Below are positions 42,200 to 53,922 of a stretch of 64,000 nucleotides of DNA, one piece after another. The notes beneath the pieces are model-generated. The model saw nothing but the letters and a program-made list of their open reading frames with translations, was not told where the DNA came from and ran no database searches. Location of the stretch: positions 2,978,001-3,042,000 of the forward strand of contig MU058687.1 of the NCBI GenBank assembly GCA_013265495.1. Direction: 5' to 3'. The position numbers and the translations under genes were made by a program. The DNA is from Vicugna vicugna (Eukaryota). How positions within the stretch are numbered: the stretch's first letter is position 1; each line of letters starts with the position of its first letter.

Positions 42200-45100
42200 T
42201 GTGGTGGGAGAGACAGTCCTCCCAGGCTATCTCTTGCTCCTACAGACCTTGCAGGGTATGCCAAGAATGCAAGGTCCTGACTACTCTTTATCAGTCCACT
42301 TCTCAGGGTTATGTCTGCAGCAACCTTGAGGAAGAGACAGCATCTCCCTCTGGGACAGAGAGCAGGCTTGTTTACTGCTTGTTACAAAACAGCGGATTCC
42401 CCAAGCTCAATATTCCTCAGCTGTGATACAACCCACTGCACGTGCAGGCATTCGTCCAGACCCAGGACGTCACATGGGATGCTGAGGGCAAGGGGAACTG
42501 ATGCCAACATGCTGATGCTTGTCCTACTTGCTCTGCTGTGAGAAATAAAGTCCTCTGTCTCTGACCCAGGACATTGTCTTCTGCCAGCATCCGTAAAACA
42601 GTGAAAGGCTAACTTATCAGTCAGAAAGCAGGGTAAAATAAAATTCGAGACCCTGACAATTTTTGGTGACAAGCTTAGGAGCTGAGTCATAACTTTCTGT
42701 AAGAGAAAGGACAGGGCACCCACAGACTGGGTTAGGGGATATGAGAAGAATCCCTGGAATCTGGTAGTGAATGTTCTTTCCCAAGTGGTGGGGAAGGGAG
42801 ATAGTAAGAATCCTCCCTTGTCCTATGTATTAATGAGGCTGAGTGGCGAGAGGCAGGATTGAAACAGTCTGAATGCTGCCTTGGTTACTGCTCACGCTCT
42901 TCCGGGCAAAAGGAGGAAAGGATGTACTCTCAGCCATGGGGCAACAAGCTGAGCAGCCCCAGCCAAAAGGGAATATGAATGTGGCTGCTGAATCAAGGGA
43001 TCCCAAAAGCTTACATAAACTGTCAGCAGTAAGGACCTTGCTATACAGTATAGAACTCTGGGTAAAATGAAAACCTTGAAAGGTCCCTGGGTGAGCTGTG
43101 TGCTCAAGCCAAAAGTGTGCCTTGCTTAGAGGCTCAGAGCCACTCTTGCTCTGTGTCCCATGATCCCTCTCCCTTTGCCACAATCTCAGCTACTTTAAAG
43201 AGTAAGATGATTAAAGGTGGGGCGAAGGTCTCCCTGTCCCAAAAGGGGACTAAAGGCCATACACACCTATCCTAGTATGCTGGGGAACTCTGAGGAGGAG
43301 AGGGACTCAAGCTCAAGATCCTACTGGATACAGAAGCACCCTACTCAATCCCTTGGAGTGGTGGAGGATTTGCTAGGTGCAGGTTACCGAAGGTGCTGAG
43401 GACTGCAGGGAGAGCCATGGTGGTGCGTACAGGGACTGAAAGGAAAGGGCCCCTAAACCCAGGAGCTCACCAGACACAGGAAAGCAGACTGGGAAGAAGT
43501 GATGCCAAGCCTGAGAGGCTAAAGGAGAAAAAAGGCTTCCTCCCACCTCCTGCATCCAGCACTCCCGACACTCCCCACCTGGGAGTGGCATAATCTCTGG
43601 ATGGCTGTCATCATTGCTCCTGATGCAGGCCTATTAGACTTAGTTGAAGAGGAAAAAAGCACCCAAATTCAATTGATAGGGTTTGAGCCAAGTTACCAGT
43701 GGGGAAGGGGTAGGTTTCTGCAGAATAACAGCTCCATCTGCTGGACACAGGCACCAAGTACACACTTTTTTAAAGGGGCAACTATCAACCTACTACTAAG
43801 CTCTTATTGAAAATTGAGGGCCTGAGCCATGAAGACCTTAGGACTCTGGCCTGATACTGCCAGTTTAGGGTGGGTCAACTTGAAATCTATGGCTAACAAG
43901 GGAAGGGATCAACAAGCCTCGCTGATCAAATGTAAGTGGTCTAGTCAAGAGCATAGACGGCCTGGCCCTACAGGTATCTTGATTTCACATGAAGAAGTGG
44001 CAGCTTCCCTTTTGGAAGAAACTATCTCCCACTCTGCCACCTGCAGCAAAGCTCTGGCTCAGTGGGGCCCTATGATGGTGCCTGGTTCACTGGTGGTCAG
44101 GCTAAATTAGAAGCAGATGGTGTCCAGCGGGCAGCAGCTATCATCCAGCCCACCAACAATTCTGGAAGTCCAACCGCAGTGAGGGTTTTTGGCAAATGGG
44201 TTGAATTGAAAGTCATCACCCTTGCCTTAGACAATACCCCTAAGAAACAGACAAGTTATATTTTTATTGACTCTTAACCACTGGCCTAACCATCTGGTAT
44301 ATCATTTGGAAGACTACACACTAAGAAATTTTAAACACCCATCTTTGGAGCCAAGAACTGTGGGAGAAAACCATGGCTGCCTACGATGGGACAATCTGGA
44401 TCATTCACGTACATGCCCCAGTAAGGACCAGCATTCTGGTAAGACTGGCTAGAATCAAGCTGCTGATCAAACCTGAACCAACCAGACTGCTGCCATTGCC
44501 ATGTGGATGCATCAGTGCACCAGGCCTGGATACACATCTCCCACCATGGTCTAGGCACAAAGAAAAGGACTATATGTCTCTAAAGCAGAAGCCATTGCTA
44601 CATTGTGGTGACTTGTGACTCCTGCCAGAATTTGGCTTGTTTGTCTTGCAGTAAACGAAGCCACATGGCATGGGGCATTGATCCTGCCCACTCCAAAAAA
44701 ACCAACTGTACTAGGACTTTGCTCCCCTCTCCAAGCTATCACTGGTGCCTCACTGCTGCTGGCACTCTTTCAGGTTACAGTGTTGATGATGCTGTTCCAG
44801 TCCAATCATCTGACTCTAGATATATCACGGTAGCCCTTGAAGCTAAACTATATCATGTTTTCAACTTTTTTAACCATCTACAGTCTGACAGTGGTGCACT
44901 TTTTTTTGCAATGGCCACCCAATAATGGACCAATAGTCAAGGTATCTGATGACACTCTATACTCTCTACCATCCACAGGCATCTGATACTGCCAAGCACT
45001 GAATTGTCTTATCAAAAATATTTCTGACTCTATTTCCCTCACCTCCTCCTGGTTCACACATCTTAGTCGAGTAGTTTGATCACCTAACTAGAAACGGTTC

Positions 45101-46650
45101 CTCTTCTCATGGCCACCAAGTAGGTAATAATCAAGACAAAAGGGGTGGTCGATTATTAAAAAAAAAAAAACCTATTTTGAAATTTTGAGGTTCTCCCCTG
45201 ACTATTCCTGGGCTTTATTTGTCTTTCTTTCCCCTAACAGCAACTCCAGATCAGCTTGGCGGTTGGGGTGGGAGTTTATGGGATTAAAACTTAATTCTAG
45301 TTCAGTCACCTGATTTTCTTGTTGGAATGACATAGTTTTAGAGCATAAAGATCGCTTGGTTGGGTATACTACTTGTAAAGTCCATCTACAGTGGCTCACA
45401 TGAGCCAAGATGGGAGGCAAAATGAGTCTTTGTCAATTTTCTGGCAATGCCCTTGGCAGAAAGGTCTGGATATTAGTAGGCGATAACCGGAGTAAAGGTG
45501 AAGTTACAGGTAATAGAGTGGGACCCACAGATTATATGGCAATGGGAGGAAAGAAACAACCCTGCCACCTGGGGAAAGAACATCTTAGGGCCCTGGAAAT
45601 GTAAACAGAGGGGAACAATTAATGCTCTCTTTGTCCCCTAGGCCCAGCACCCAGCCTGGCAAAACACTAATATGGTACAATTAAGTCCAGTGGCAGTGAT
45701 AGCTAGCAATCTTACCTGTTGTTGAGTGTGTCATCCCACTATGAGATCAGAAAAACTCATGGACATGGCCGGTCTTGAACCATCCTTATGTACCTGATGT
45801 CACCAACATTAACTCCCAAACATGGACTTCCTTCACATGTGTACAAACACACAGACTGGCACAACCTTCTATCAAACTGACTGATACAAATTCATATTCT
45901 TCTCCTGACACTCTGGGGCCTTAGGTTATGCCTTGTATAGTGACTGAGGCTGCAACTGTTCAGTGACACTGCCCATGTAGCTTAACAAAACCACTGTAAT
46001 GGAGAGCTACATCACATCGATGGCGACCCAAATAAAATTTAACAAAATATTCTGAACTAGAGTGACCTGCACTTCTTCAGATAATATGTTAGAATGCAGG
46101 GAAGAATGGGCCATGGAATGTCTTTCCATTAGGCATGGGAGTTGCTTTTTTTTTTTCTAATGGGGGAACTCGTAATTATTGGCAATGACACCAAACATCA
46201 AAGATCAGTCAAAACACCTGTCTACAGATTACAATGTAAATAGATTGGCCTTAGACTACACTCCAGCTCTATGAAATAAGATTTACTGGTCTTTTCTCCC
46301 AGCCCGTCCCCCTCCACCACACCCCTCCACACATAAAATTATTCACAGGTGGCTGGATTCAGGACCCTGGACAGCACAGTCAAAACAAGTTGGTCTCATC
46401 CTGCTGCAAGGCAACCTACTGTGTGCAGTCATTGCACAGTCATCAATCTGAGCCCACAGCTTCACCCTGTGGGACTTCGGGGTCATGAGAAACTGAATCC
46501 AATATGCGGCTGTTCATCCTGCTTCTTGTGCTATTAGTAATAAGTCCTTTGACTCTGACCCAGGAGTCTTGTATCTTCTGCCAGCCCTCATGAAATAATT
46601 ACAAACTAACTGATTAACTAACCCTGATAGCTTGTTAGCTTGCTTACTTG
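42200..46650 (+). mobile_element. Decayed endogenous retrovirus: 5' LTR about 42200-42658, pol remnants about 43830-45000, env remnant about 45640-46270, partial 3' LTR about 46410-46650
   Basis: Two related LTR blocks share AATAA(A)GTCCT...TCTGACCCAGGA...TCTTCTGCCAGC; 5' LTR ends TGACA then TGGTGAC; RNase H-, integrase- and env-like peptide motifs in order. Confidence 0.85.
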
Positions 46651-47314
46651 GTTTTCAATCAAGGAGTTCCACTTCTAACAACTCTTACACAAACTTTCTC
46701 CTCAGTGATACTGAGAATACATGGTATAACTTCTTGGCCAAACAAATTAACCATTTTCAGGCTGTATAAAAGTTTTCTTCCTTCTAGCTGGAGACGTTTT
46801 AAGTTTATTTAATTAAATTTGACTCCTGCAAAATAAAACCTTTAAGAAAATATGTCTCTCCTCACAGGATGACCCCCGACCTGCTTCCCGAGAATGAGGT
46901 ATCCAGTTAGGAATGCTCCCCTCCACTGATGCCTGGAAATCCTGCAGATTAGGAACTCAGGTTTTAGGAAATTCTGTACTAAGAATTTCCAATTCTCCTG
47001 GGAAAGGCCACAGCACCTTTAAAAGCCACAATTTGAGTCAGTGAGACACTGTAGCATAACTAGCAAGACATGAAGACTGCTTCCTCAGATCCTAAGGAAT
47101 TCCCCTGCCACCCACCGGAGCAAAAACTATTCCTTTCAGAGACTGCACCTGGCCAGAGTCAATCATCAGAAACCTCAGTTTCCCCAACGACTCCCAGCGA
47201 GGCCCCGCCCCTCCGCCTATGAATCCCGCCCCCTCCATGCCTCCGGACCAATGAGAAGGTGCGCCCCTCCCTCCCAGTTGCCATGGTGCCTGCCGAATCC
47301 CTCCCATCACTCAC

Positions 47315-47562
47315 CAGACGTGCGGCGGCTCGTCCAGACGGTGGAAGCGGGTGGCGAAGGACATCAGCGTCACCAGGGCCAGCAGAGCCCACCGGCCTGC
47401 CGCCTCGAAGCGCCGCGAGCCTGGAGCAGGCCGTTTGGGGCTCCGCGCTGTAGCCTCGGCGGCCACGTCCGGGCCCACAGCTCTAGCAGCCTGGGACCCA
47501 CAGCGGCCCCTCCGGGGACGCAGCTCGGACCCTGCCAGTCCTCTGCCCACCGCCGGCGGCAT
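47315..47562 (-). CDS. POMT2: POMT2 exon 1 coding part
   Basis: 248 nt from [23 protein letters not shown]...[14 protein letters not shown](C); GTGAG donor; the 21 exons sum to 2253 nt in one frame. Confidence 0.95.
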
Positions 47563-48042
47563 CCTTCCCCTCCTCAGGATGGCCCTCCGGCCCGCAGGCA
47601 CTCTGGGTCTTGCAAGCCGCCCCGCCAAGAAGTCACCAAGGGGCAGCTCGGGGTGCCCTGGGAAATGTAGTTCTTTGCGCCGGCGGCGGGGCGCCGGGCG
47701 CCGGCCTCTGGGCTGGGCGGGGAGCGTGGTCGCCGCCCGGGCCGCTGGGAGGCGGCTAGTGGCGCGGAGCATGACGGACCGCGAGGGCCGGGCTGGCCGG
47801 GCCCGGGAGGAAACAGGCTCAAGGAACTGCAATTCCCAGCAGCGCCGGGAGTGGGGCGTGGCTGCAGGGCGGGGCACGCTAAACGAGACCTTAAAGCTCA
47901 TTCTATCCAACCCTTCACTTTACCAAGGCGAAAACCTAAGTTCTGACGTGTCGGGGTCTCACTGGGCCTGAATCCTCGAAGAGTGGGAGAGTCGCAAGGG
48001 CGAAGTTTCCTGGCCTGGAAGAGGGGTCGCCCGAAGTGCGAG

Positions 48043-48057
48043 ATGCAAGCGGGGAAG
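48043..48057 (+). CDS. GSTZ1: Glutathione S-transferase zeta 1 / maleylacetoacetate isomerase exon 1
   Basis: ATGCAAGCGGGGAAG = MQAGK then GT donor; phase 0 to exon 2. Confidence 0.88.
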
Positions 48058-50501
48058 GTCTGTGCTGCGCATCTGGGGAGAGGGGCGCTTCTTAGAAACA
48101 GTGAGAAACCCTAGGGGGCGGGGTCAAAGGTGAGCCGCTCGGCCCCGCTCACAGCTCCCACAACGATTCCCAGCATGCAGTGCGCCGCGCTGCACGCGCC
48201 CCATCGCTCCCGCTCTGCGCCTGCGCGCTGACCGCTGGGGCCTGTGGTTCAGCGAGGCTTGGGCCAGGAAGGACGCGTTCTCGTTGGGCATGCTGGGCTT
48301 GGTTTGGTCGCTGTACCGTCGCGCTTCACCTGTCTCTCCCCTAGCACCCAATCTGCTAGGTCTTCCAAACGTCCTCCCTCGTCTTCCTCTTCCGTACGGT
48401 CCTGCGTGCTCCCCTTCCAATCACCTGAACAGGTTCAAACAGCTAACCTGTGGCCTTCCAGGGTTGTTCGCATTTCTGAGAGAGCACCAGGGGCGAGGGG
48501 AAGCAGTGGTACTTTTAGTCATCACAGTCACTTGAGGAACTTACCGGTTTTAATATGCATTTTCCAGGCCCGCCCCAGAACCACTGTATCAATTTCTTGT
48601 GAAAGGGGCCTGAGAATCCGTGTTTAATAAAAGCCCCAGTTGAATCATTAAAGTTTGGGAACCACTACTGTAGCTCAAAGAAAAGTGGCAGGCACATCAG
48701 GTGGGATATAGCATTGATTTAACTATGTATAGCCTACCCCACCCCCACGCCTAAAGGGAACTGTAGGAGTCTTTCTCTAAAATCATGTGTAAGAGATGGT
48801 TTAAAAATAAAATCTGCTAGACTGATCAGAATCCATATTTGAATTGGAAACAAAATTCCTCCAGGAGTGGTGATGAAATAGTTACTTTGAGCTTAAAATT
48901 TAGCTCTACAAATGCAAAAAGGAACATGGGATGGTTTATAAGTTATCATTGGTTGGTAAGAGAAAGAGCAGAAACTGCCCTCCGTTACATCTTCTGATGG
49001 CCCCTATGTAGGAAACCTGGAGGCAGTGGCATTTACAGTGATTCTGTGGTGACCCTTAGTACAAGTCAAAGGTGAGGTTATTAGGTAAGGTATTTCTTCA
49101 AGGATCCTAAGCTAATCTCTGCGACTCTCTAGTGGTCCCATTCTTTATAAGCAGCCGCTGCCTCTTGACCCTAGGGGCCCATCCGTCCTAACCAGGTAAG
49201 GAAAAGGATTTACCTCGGAACAGTGTATATCTAATTGTGACCTCCCAACTCTCCTTCCAAGGAAATCTGCTGCCTATCACTTGCCCTCTGTGCCAGAACT
49301 GCCTTCACTTTCCCCACAAAAGTTGCCTTCGGTATAGACTGGAATTCTTAGGTTCAGGAACCAACTTAGGAGGACCTGGGTTCCCACTTGTGCCCCTGCC
49401 CACATAGAAGTCAGAGTTGGTGAAAGCAGAGTCAGATAGCAGCTTGGTGTACTAGGGGTGCAGAAGGGAGAGGGGACTTGGGTGAAATGTCTGTAGTCAG
49501 AGGGATGGTAGACAGGGGTGATCTAAGAAATTCTATGGAGTTATTCATCCATAAGGATAACTATGTATCTGCTGGAAGATTCATGAGTGCTGATTACTGG
49601 TAACTCTGTCTTGGGTTCTGCTTTGAAGTGCTGGTTACCAGGAAGCACCAGAGAAATTAACTTTGAGTCCCCTAAACTTTAGAGGAGAGGTCATACACCC
49701 AGCTGCCTCCAGGGCCTCAAGGTAACAAAAATGAGAGAAGTGGGCAGATCTGAGAGGGCATACCCTGACTAAAGGGGGCCATTAAGGCTCTAATCAATTG
49801 TTGCCAATCAGGAACTGAGTCTACTATCTCCAGATTTTTAAAAGAAAAAAACAGACAACAGGATTTATATATGAAACATTGTGATTTTTAATGTTAGCAA
49901 CTAATGAAAACATTTTGAAAGATGTTGTAGACCATACAGAACACTGTGGGTTGCCAGCTTATGACCTCAACTTTGGAGCCAATGGGCATATTCCCCAGCT
50001 ACTTTTATGAGACCAGCTGAGACTCTGGTGGAATGTTGAAAGAGTTGGGCACCAAAGCATCAGAAAATTAGATTCCTGGCCTTTCTGCCACTTTTGGAAG
50101 AAAGTAAGCTATCGTTTTAGGGCAAACCTTTGTTTTACAGATGAGAGAGCCAAAGACTAGAGGAGGCAGGGATTGTCCCCAGTCATGCAAGTTAGTTGCT
50201 GCACTGGGACCAGACCCTAGGGATGCCAGCTCCCAGCCCACTGCACCACATGAACTACTGGTTCAAAACCAGGCTTTCCTGTCTGCCCAGGACACCAAAC
50301 CTGGCTCCACCAGGAACATAAAAAGTTTTCCACAAGTTGGAAAGAGATGCCCTTTCTGACCAGAGTCAAAGTCCCCCTGACACCTGATTAGCCCAACTTC
50401 CCCATTGGTTCATGGGATCCACCCCCTTCAGGGTTCCTCCCCCTACCCTGCAACTCTGTGAGAGGGGTCGTTCCCTGAGAGGCCAAGGGTCACCACGGAC
50501 C

Positions 50502-50519
50502 ATGACTGAGTCTAGCAAG
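50502..50519 (+). CDS. GSTZ1: Candidate alternative GSTZ1 first coding exon (MTESSK)
   Basis: ACCATGACTGAGTCTAGCAAG|GTAAGG; strong donor, in frame with exon 2. Confidence 0.65.
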
Positions 50520-50827
50520 GTAAGGAAGGCTCTTGCAGGCTGGTGGCCCCTTTTGGGGGGGGGTCCCTAGGACCTCAGGAATGCATGACAGCACAGTTCA
50601 GAGCCAAGGGACCCCACATGACTCCCAAGGCCTTTGACCCAGAGAGCTCTGAGTCTGGCCTGATTTTCTCAGACAGAGGCCTGAGGAAGGAAGCTTAGCG
50701 GGCTAGGAAGAAACAGCGCTGGCTTGGAGCCCCCTGACTGGGAGCTGTTGCCTCCCCTCCAGTGGGCTCCTGGGGCTGAGAACCCACCAAACACAGGTTA
50801 ATGTGCATCCTCGTCCTCTCTCCTCAG

Positions 50828-50879
50828 CCCATCCTCTATTCCTATTTCCGAAGCTCCTGCTCATGGAGAGTTCGAATAG
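50828..50879 (+). CDS. GSTZ1: GSTZ1 exon 2 (SSC active-site motif)
   Basis: 52 nt, PILYSYFRSSCSWRVRI; CAG/GTAAG. Confidence 0.96.
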
Positions 50880-51369
50880 GTAAGAGCTGTGCTTCCTTTG
50901 AGAGCCTGGGTGGGGTGGAATGGGGTGGAAGAAGGCCTGGGTGAAAAGCTAACATCTGTCAAACAGGGTACCACCCCCAGCAACCAGCATCTTCCCCGGC
51001 CTCCTAGAGCCCTCAGCCTTGAATGGCACCTCCACCTCAGAAGTCCAGGGTGAGAGAGAGGAAGGAAAGTTATTTTTTCTCTTGGGCCCACCACCTCTCC
51101 GGCACTGCTCTCCAAAGCTCCTTAGCAACCATGCTTCAGACAGGCTCACAGAATCCAGAGGTCCTTGGTAACGGACAGGGAACAGCTGGCCTTCCTCAGT
51201 TCTTATCTTATTTGATCTGGCAAATTAAACAGAACTGGCCAGTGTCAACCCCAGAGGCTTCAGGGAAGGAAAAACTGGGGCGCTCTGGTTTAGTCCTAGT
51301 TTGACCCTTCTCTCCCTCAGCGTAACACAGCCCTTGGCAAAGTCAGAGTCATAGCAGCTCATACAAAGG

Positions 51370-51690
51370 GAGAACTATGCTGAGTGCTTTTGTGTGCATG
51401 ATTCCCTTTAAACCTCAGCAACCCTAGGAGGGAAGTACTATTATTGTCACTATTGTACAAGTGCAGAAACTGGGGCACAGGAAGGTTAAATAACGTGCCT
51501 AAGATCATGCAGCTGGTCCGAGGCAGAGCTGGAATTGAACCAGCTAGTCTAGCTCCAGAGTCCATGTTCTTTACTGCACTGTGCAGCCTGTCAGCTGAAG
51601 AAACTGGCACAGAGGCTCATGAAGTTACTTACCCAAGGCCGCACAGCTAACAAATGAATGTGATGACATTTGAATCCAGGCAGCCTGCTT
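51370..51690 (-). mobile_element. Two tandem MIR SINE fragments
   Basis: GAAACTGGGGCACAGGAAGGTTAAATAACGTGCCTAAGATCA and GAAACTGGCACAGAGG...TTACCCAAGGCCGCACAGCT. Confidence 0.7.
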
Positions 51691-52694
51691 CTGAGAGCCT
51701 GGTCCTGACTGGGAAGCCATCCTCCATGACCCTCCCTGCTTTCACAGTCACTTGAAATTTGCTGGAATCAGTAGGCAAGAGCACTGGGGTACCTGAGGAT
51801 ACATTCCTCCAAGACAATGCCTTCCGTAGGCCCAGAGCCTCTGCCCTGGCTGGCATCAAGCAGCGTGGGCACTGCCTCTGCAGGGCTTGCATGCTTGGCC
51901 TCCCCCATCTGGCCCTGGCCCCTGTCACTCTCCAGGGTAGAGCTGACCAGCGCTGAGGCGGAGCCCCGTATCTCCCAGGCTCTCTGCAGACTATGCCACG
52001 GCTCGCCCTCCTCCCCTTGCTCCTTTACCTGATACTGGCCATCACTGTCTTTTAATGCACAGGTGTGTGCATGTACACACACATAATCTCCTCCCCAAGG
52101 GTTGACAGTTTACCTCATCTTGCCAAGGGGAAACATCAAAGGAGATGGAAGGGAAATCGGTCACTGGGGGTCACAGCAAATGCTGTGAGACCACCAGAGA
52201 GCCCTGATGCCCCTGCTTGGAATCTGTAGTAAATGGCCCTGAGAACGGAGAGAGCAGATTAGAAAGCGATTCTTCTCTAAACAGAAGAGTGTGGGCCCTG
52301 CATGGTCACTGAGCCCCTGCCCTTGGCCCTCAGATGCCTTCATCAGGGAATAATTGCATGTCTCCAGTAAATTAGCCCCACTTACCACTGGGTAAGGCCC
52401 TACAGGGGGCAGAGATGAAGGGGACACTTCCCTGCTGTCCTTCAGGAGCCCAGAGTGCCAGGGCACATACCCTCATACCCAGGGGCATGAGGGTTCCACT
52501 GAGGACACAGAAAGTTCAGGAGGAAAAGAAGCAGAGCATCATGGACTGGAGGTAGGGGAGTAGGTGGTGATCAAAGGAGCTGGGAAGAAGGGGTCAGGGC
52601 CACACAGCAGTGTGGAGAAGCCTCACTCCCTCTTGTCATCCTGGAAAGTATGGCCAGAGGCTGTCCCCCACCTGCTGTCTGCCATCTCTCCTAG

Positions 52695-52762
52695 CTCTGG
52701 CCTTGAAAAGCATTGACTATGAGATGGTAACCGTCAACCTCATAAAGGATGGAGGGCAGCAG
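52695..52762 (+). CDS. GSTZ1: GSTZ1 exon 3
   Basis: 68 nt, (A)LALKSIDYEMVTVNLIKDGGQQ; TAG/GTAAG. Confidence 0.96.
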
Positions 52763-53302
52763 GTAAGGAGGCCACCCCCAAGCCACAATGAAAGAGTTAG
52801 AGAGGGACCTGGCAGGGGATGCAGACTTCTGCCCCCAAGAGATGAACCTGTGCCCGATGGTCCCCATGGCTGGAGGAGGCTGCTGGCTCTTCCTTGTGGG
52901 GCAGGGCAGCAAGCTGTGCAGCAAGACGAGTCACGGGGAGGGCTCAGGGTCTGGGCTCTGTAGCACAGCCTGGCCTCTCAATGTCTGACTCCAGGAAGGT
53001 GAGTGGTGGCTGGGTCCTTGCCCCATGCCAGGCCTTCTGGATGTGCCGTGGTGACCACATGTAAGTGCAGAGATAGCACATAGCCAGGCCCTTAAGAGGA
53101 AGCCTGTATCTCAGCAGCCACTGGGGTTTGGGTTACTGCACGGATCCCCCAGGTATCACCCTGGGCCTCAGAGCCAGGGCCTTCCCCAGGGGAGAGAGGT
53201 GCAAGTGGGCAGGAGGCCTGAGGGCTTCCTTCTTCCTTGCTGGATTCTGCTTTAGCCAACTCAGGCCAGGCCACCCAGCCCACCAGGGCCTTGTCTCCAC
53301 AG

Positions 53303-53383
53303 TTCTCTGAAGAATTCCAGGCCCTGAATCCCATGAAGCAGGTGCCAGCCCTGAAGATTGATGGAATCACTATTGGCCAGTCA
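53303..53383 (+). CDS. GSTZ1: GSTZ1 exon 4
   Basis: 81 nt, [35 protein letters not shown]. Confidence 0.96.
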
Positions 53384-53559
53384 GTGAGTGGAGCCTTTGG
53401 GAGGCCCCTCGTCAGAGTGGTACCCTGACCAAGAGGACCTCACGGTTCTTCCTTGCCTGCATCTGGCCAAGGAACAGCTCTTAGTGGGGACAAGGGAGGG
53501 AGGAAGGTTGGTTGGAAGTGAAGGGAGACTCAAGTATACAGGGAACCAAGTTCTAGTAG

Positions 53560-53922
<363 letters not shown>

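Larger units (their letters stand above)
47190..48420. promoter_or_regulatory. Bidirectional CpG-island promoter shared by POMT2 and GSTZ1
   Basis: Start codons at 47562 (-) and 48043 (+); GC boxes; ZNF143-like motifs at 47658-47671, 47826-47845, 48167-48184; NRF1-like TGCGCCTGCGC 48216-48226. Confidence 0.85.

Noticed and set aside
47351..47971. 206-aa plus-strand ORF across POMT2 exon 1
   Set aside because: Antisense shadow of GC-rich coding sequence
48284..48535. ORF MLGLVWSLYRRAS... as a possible targeting leader for GSTZ1
   Set aside because: No convincing in-frame donor to exon 2 found; ends in a stop within intron 1
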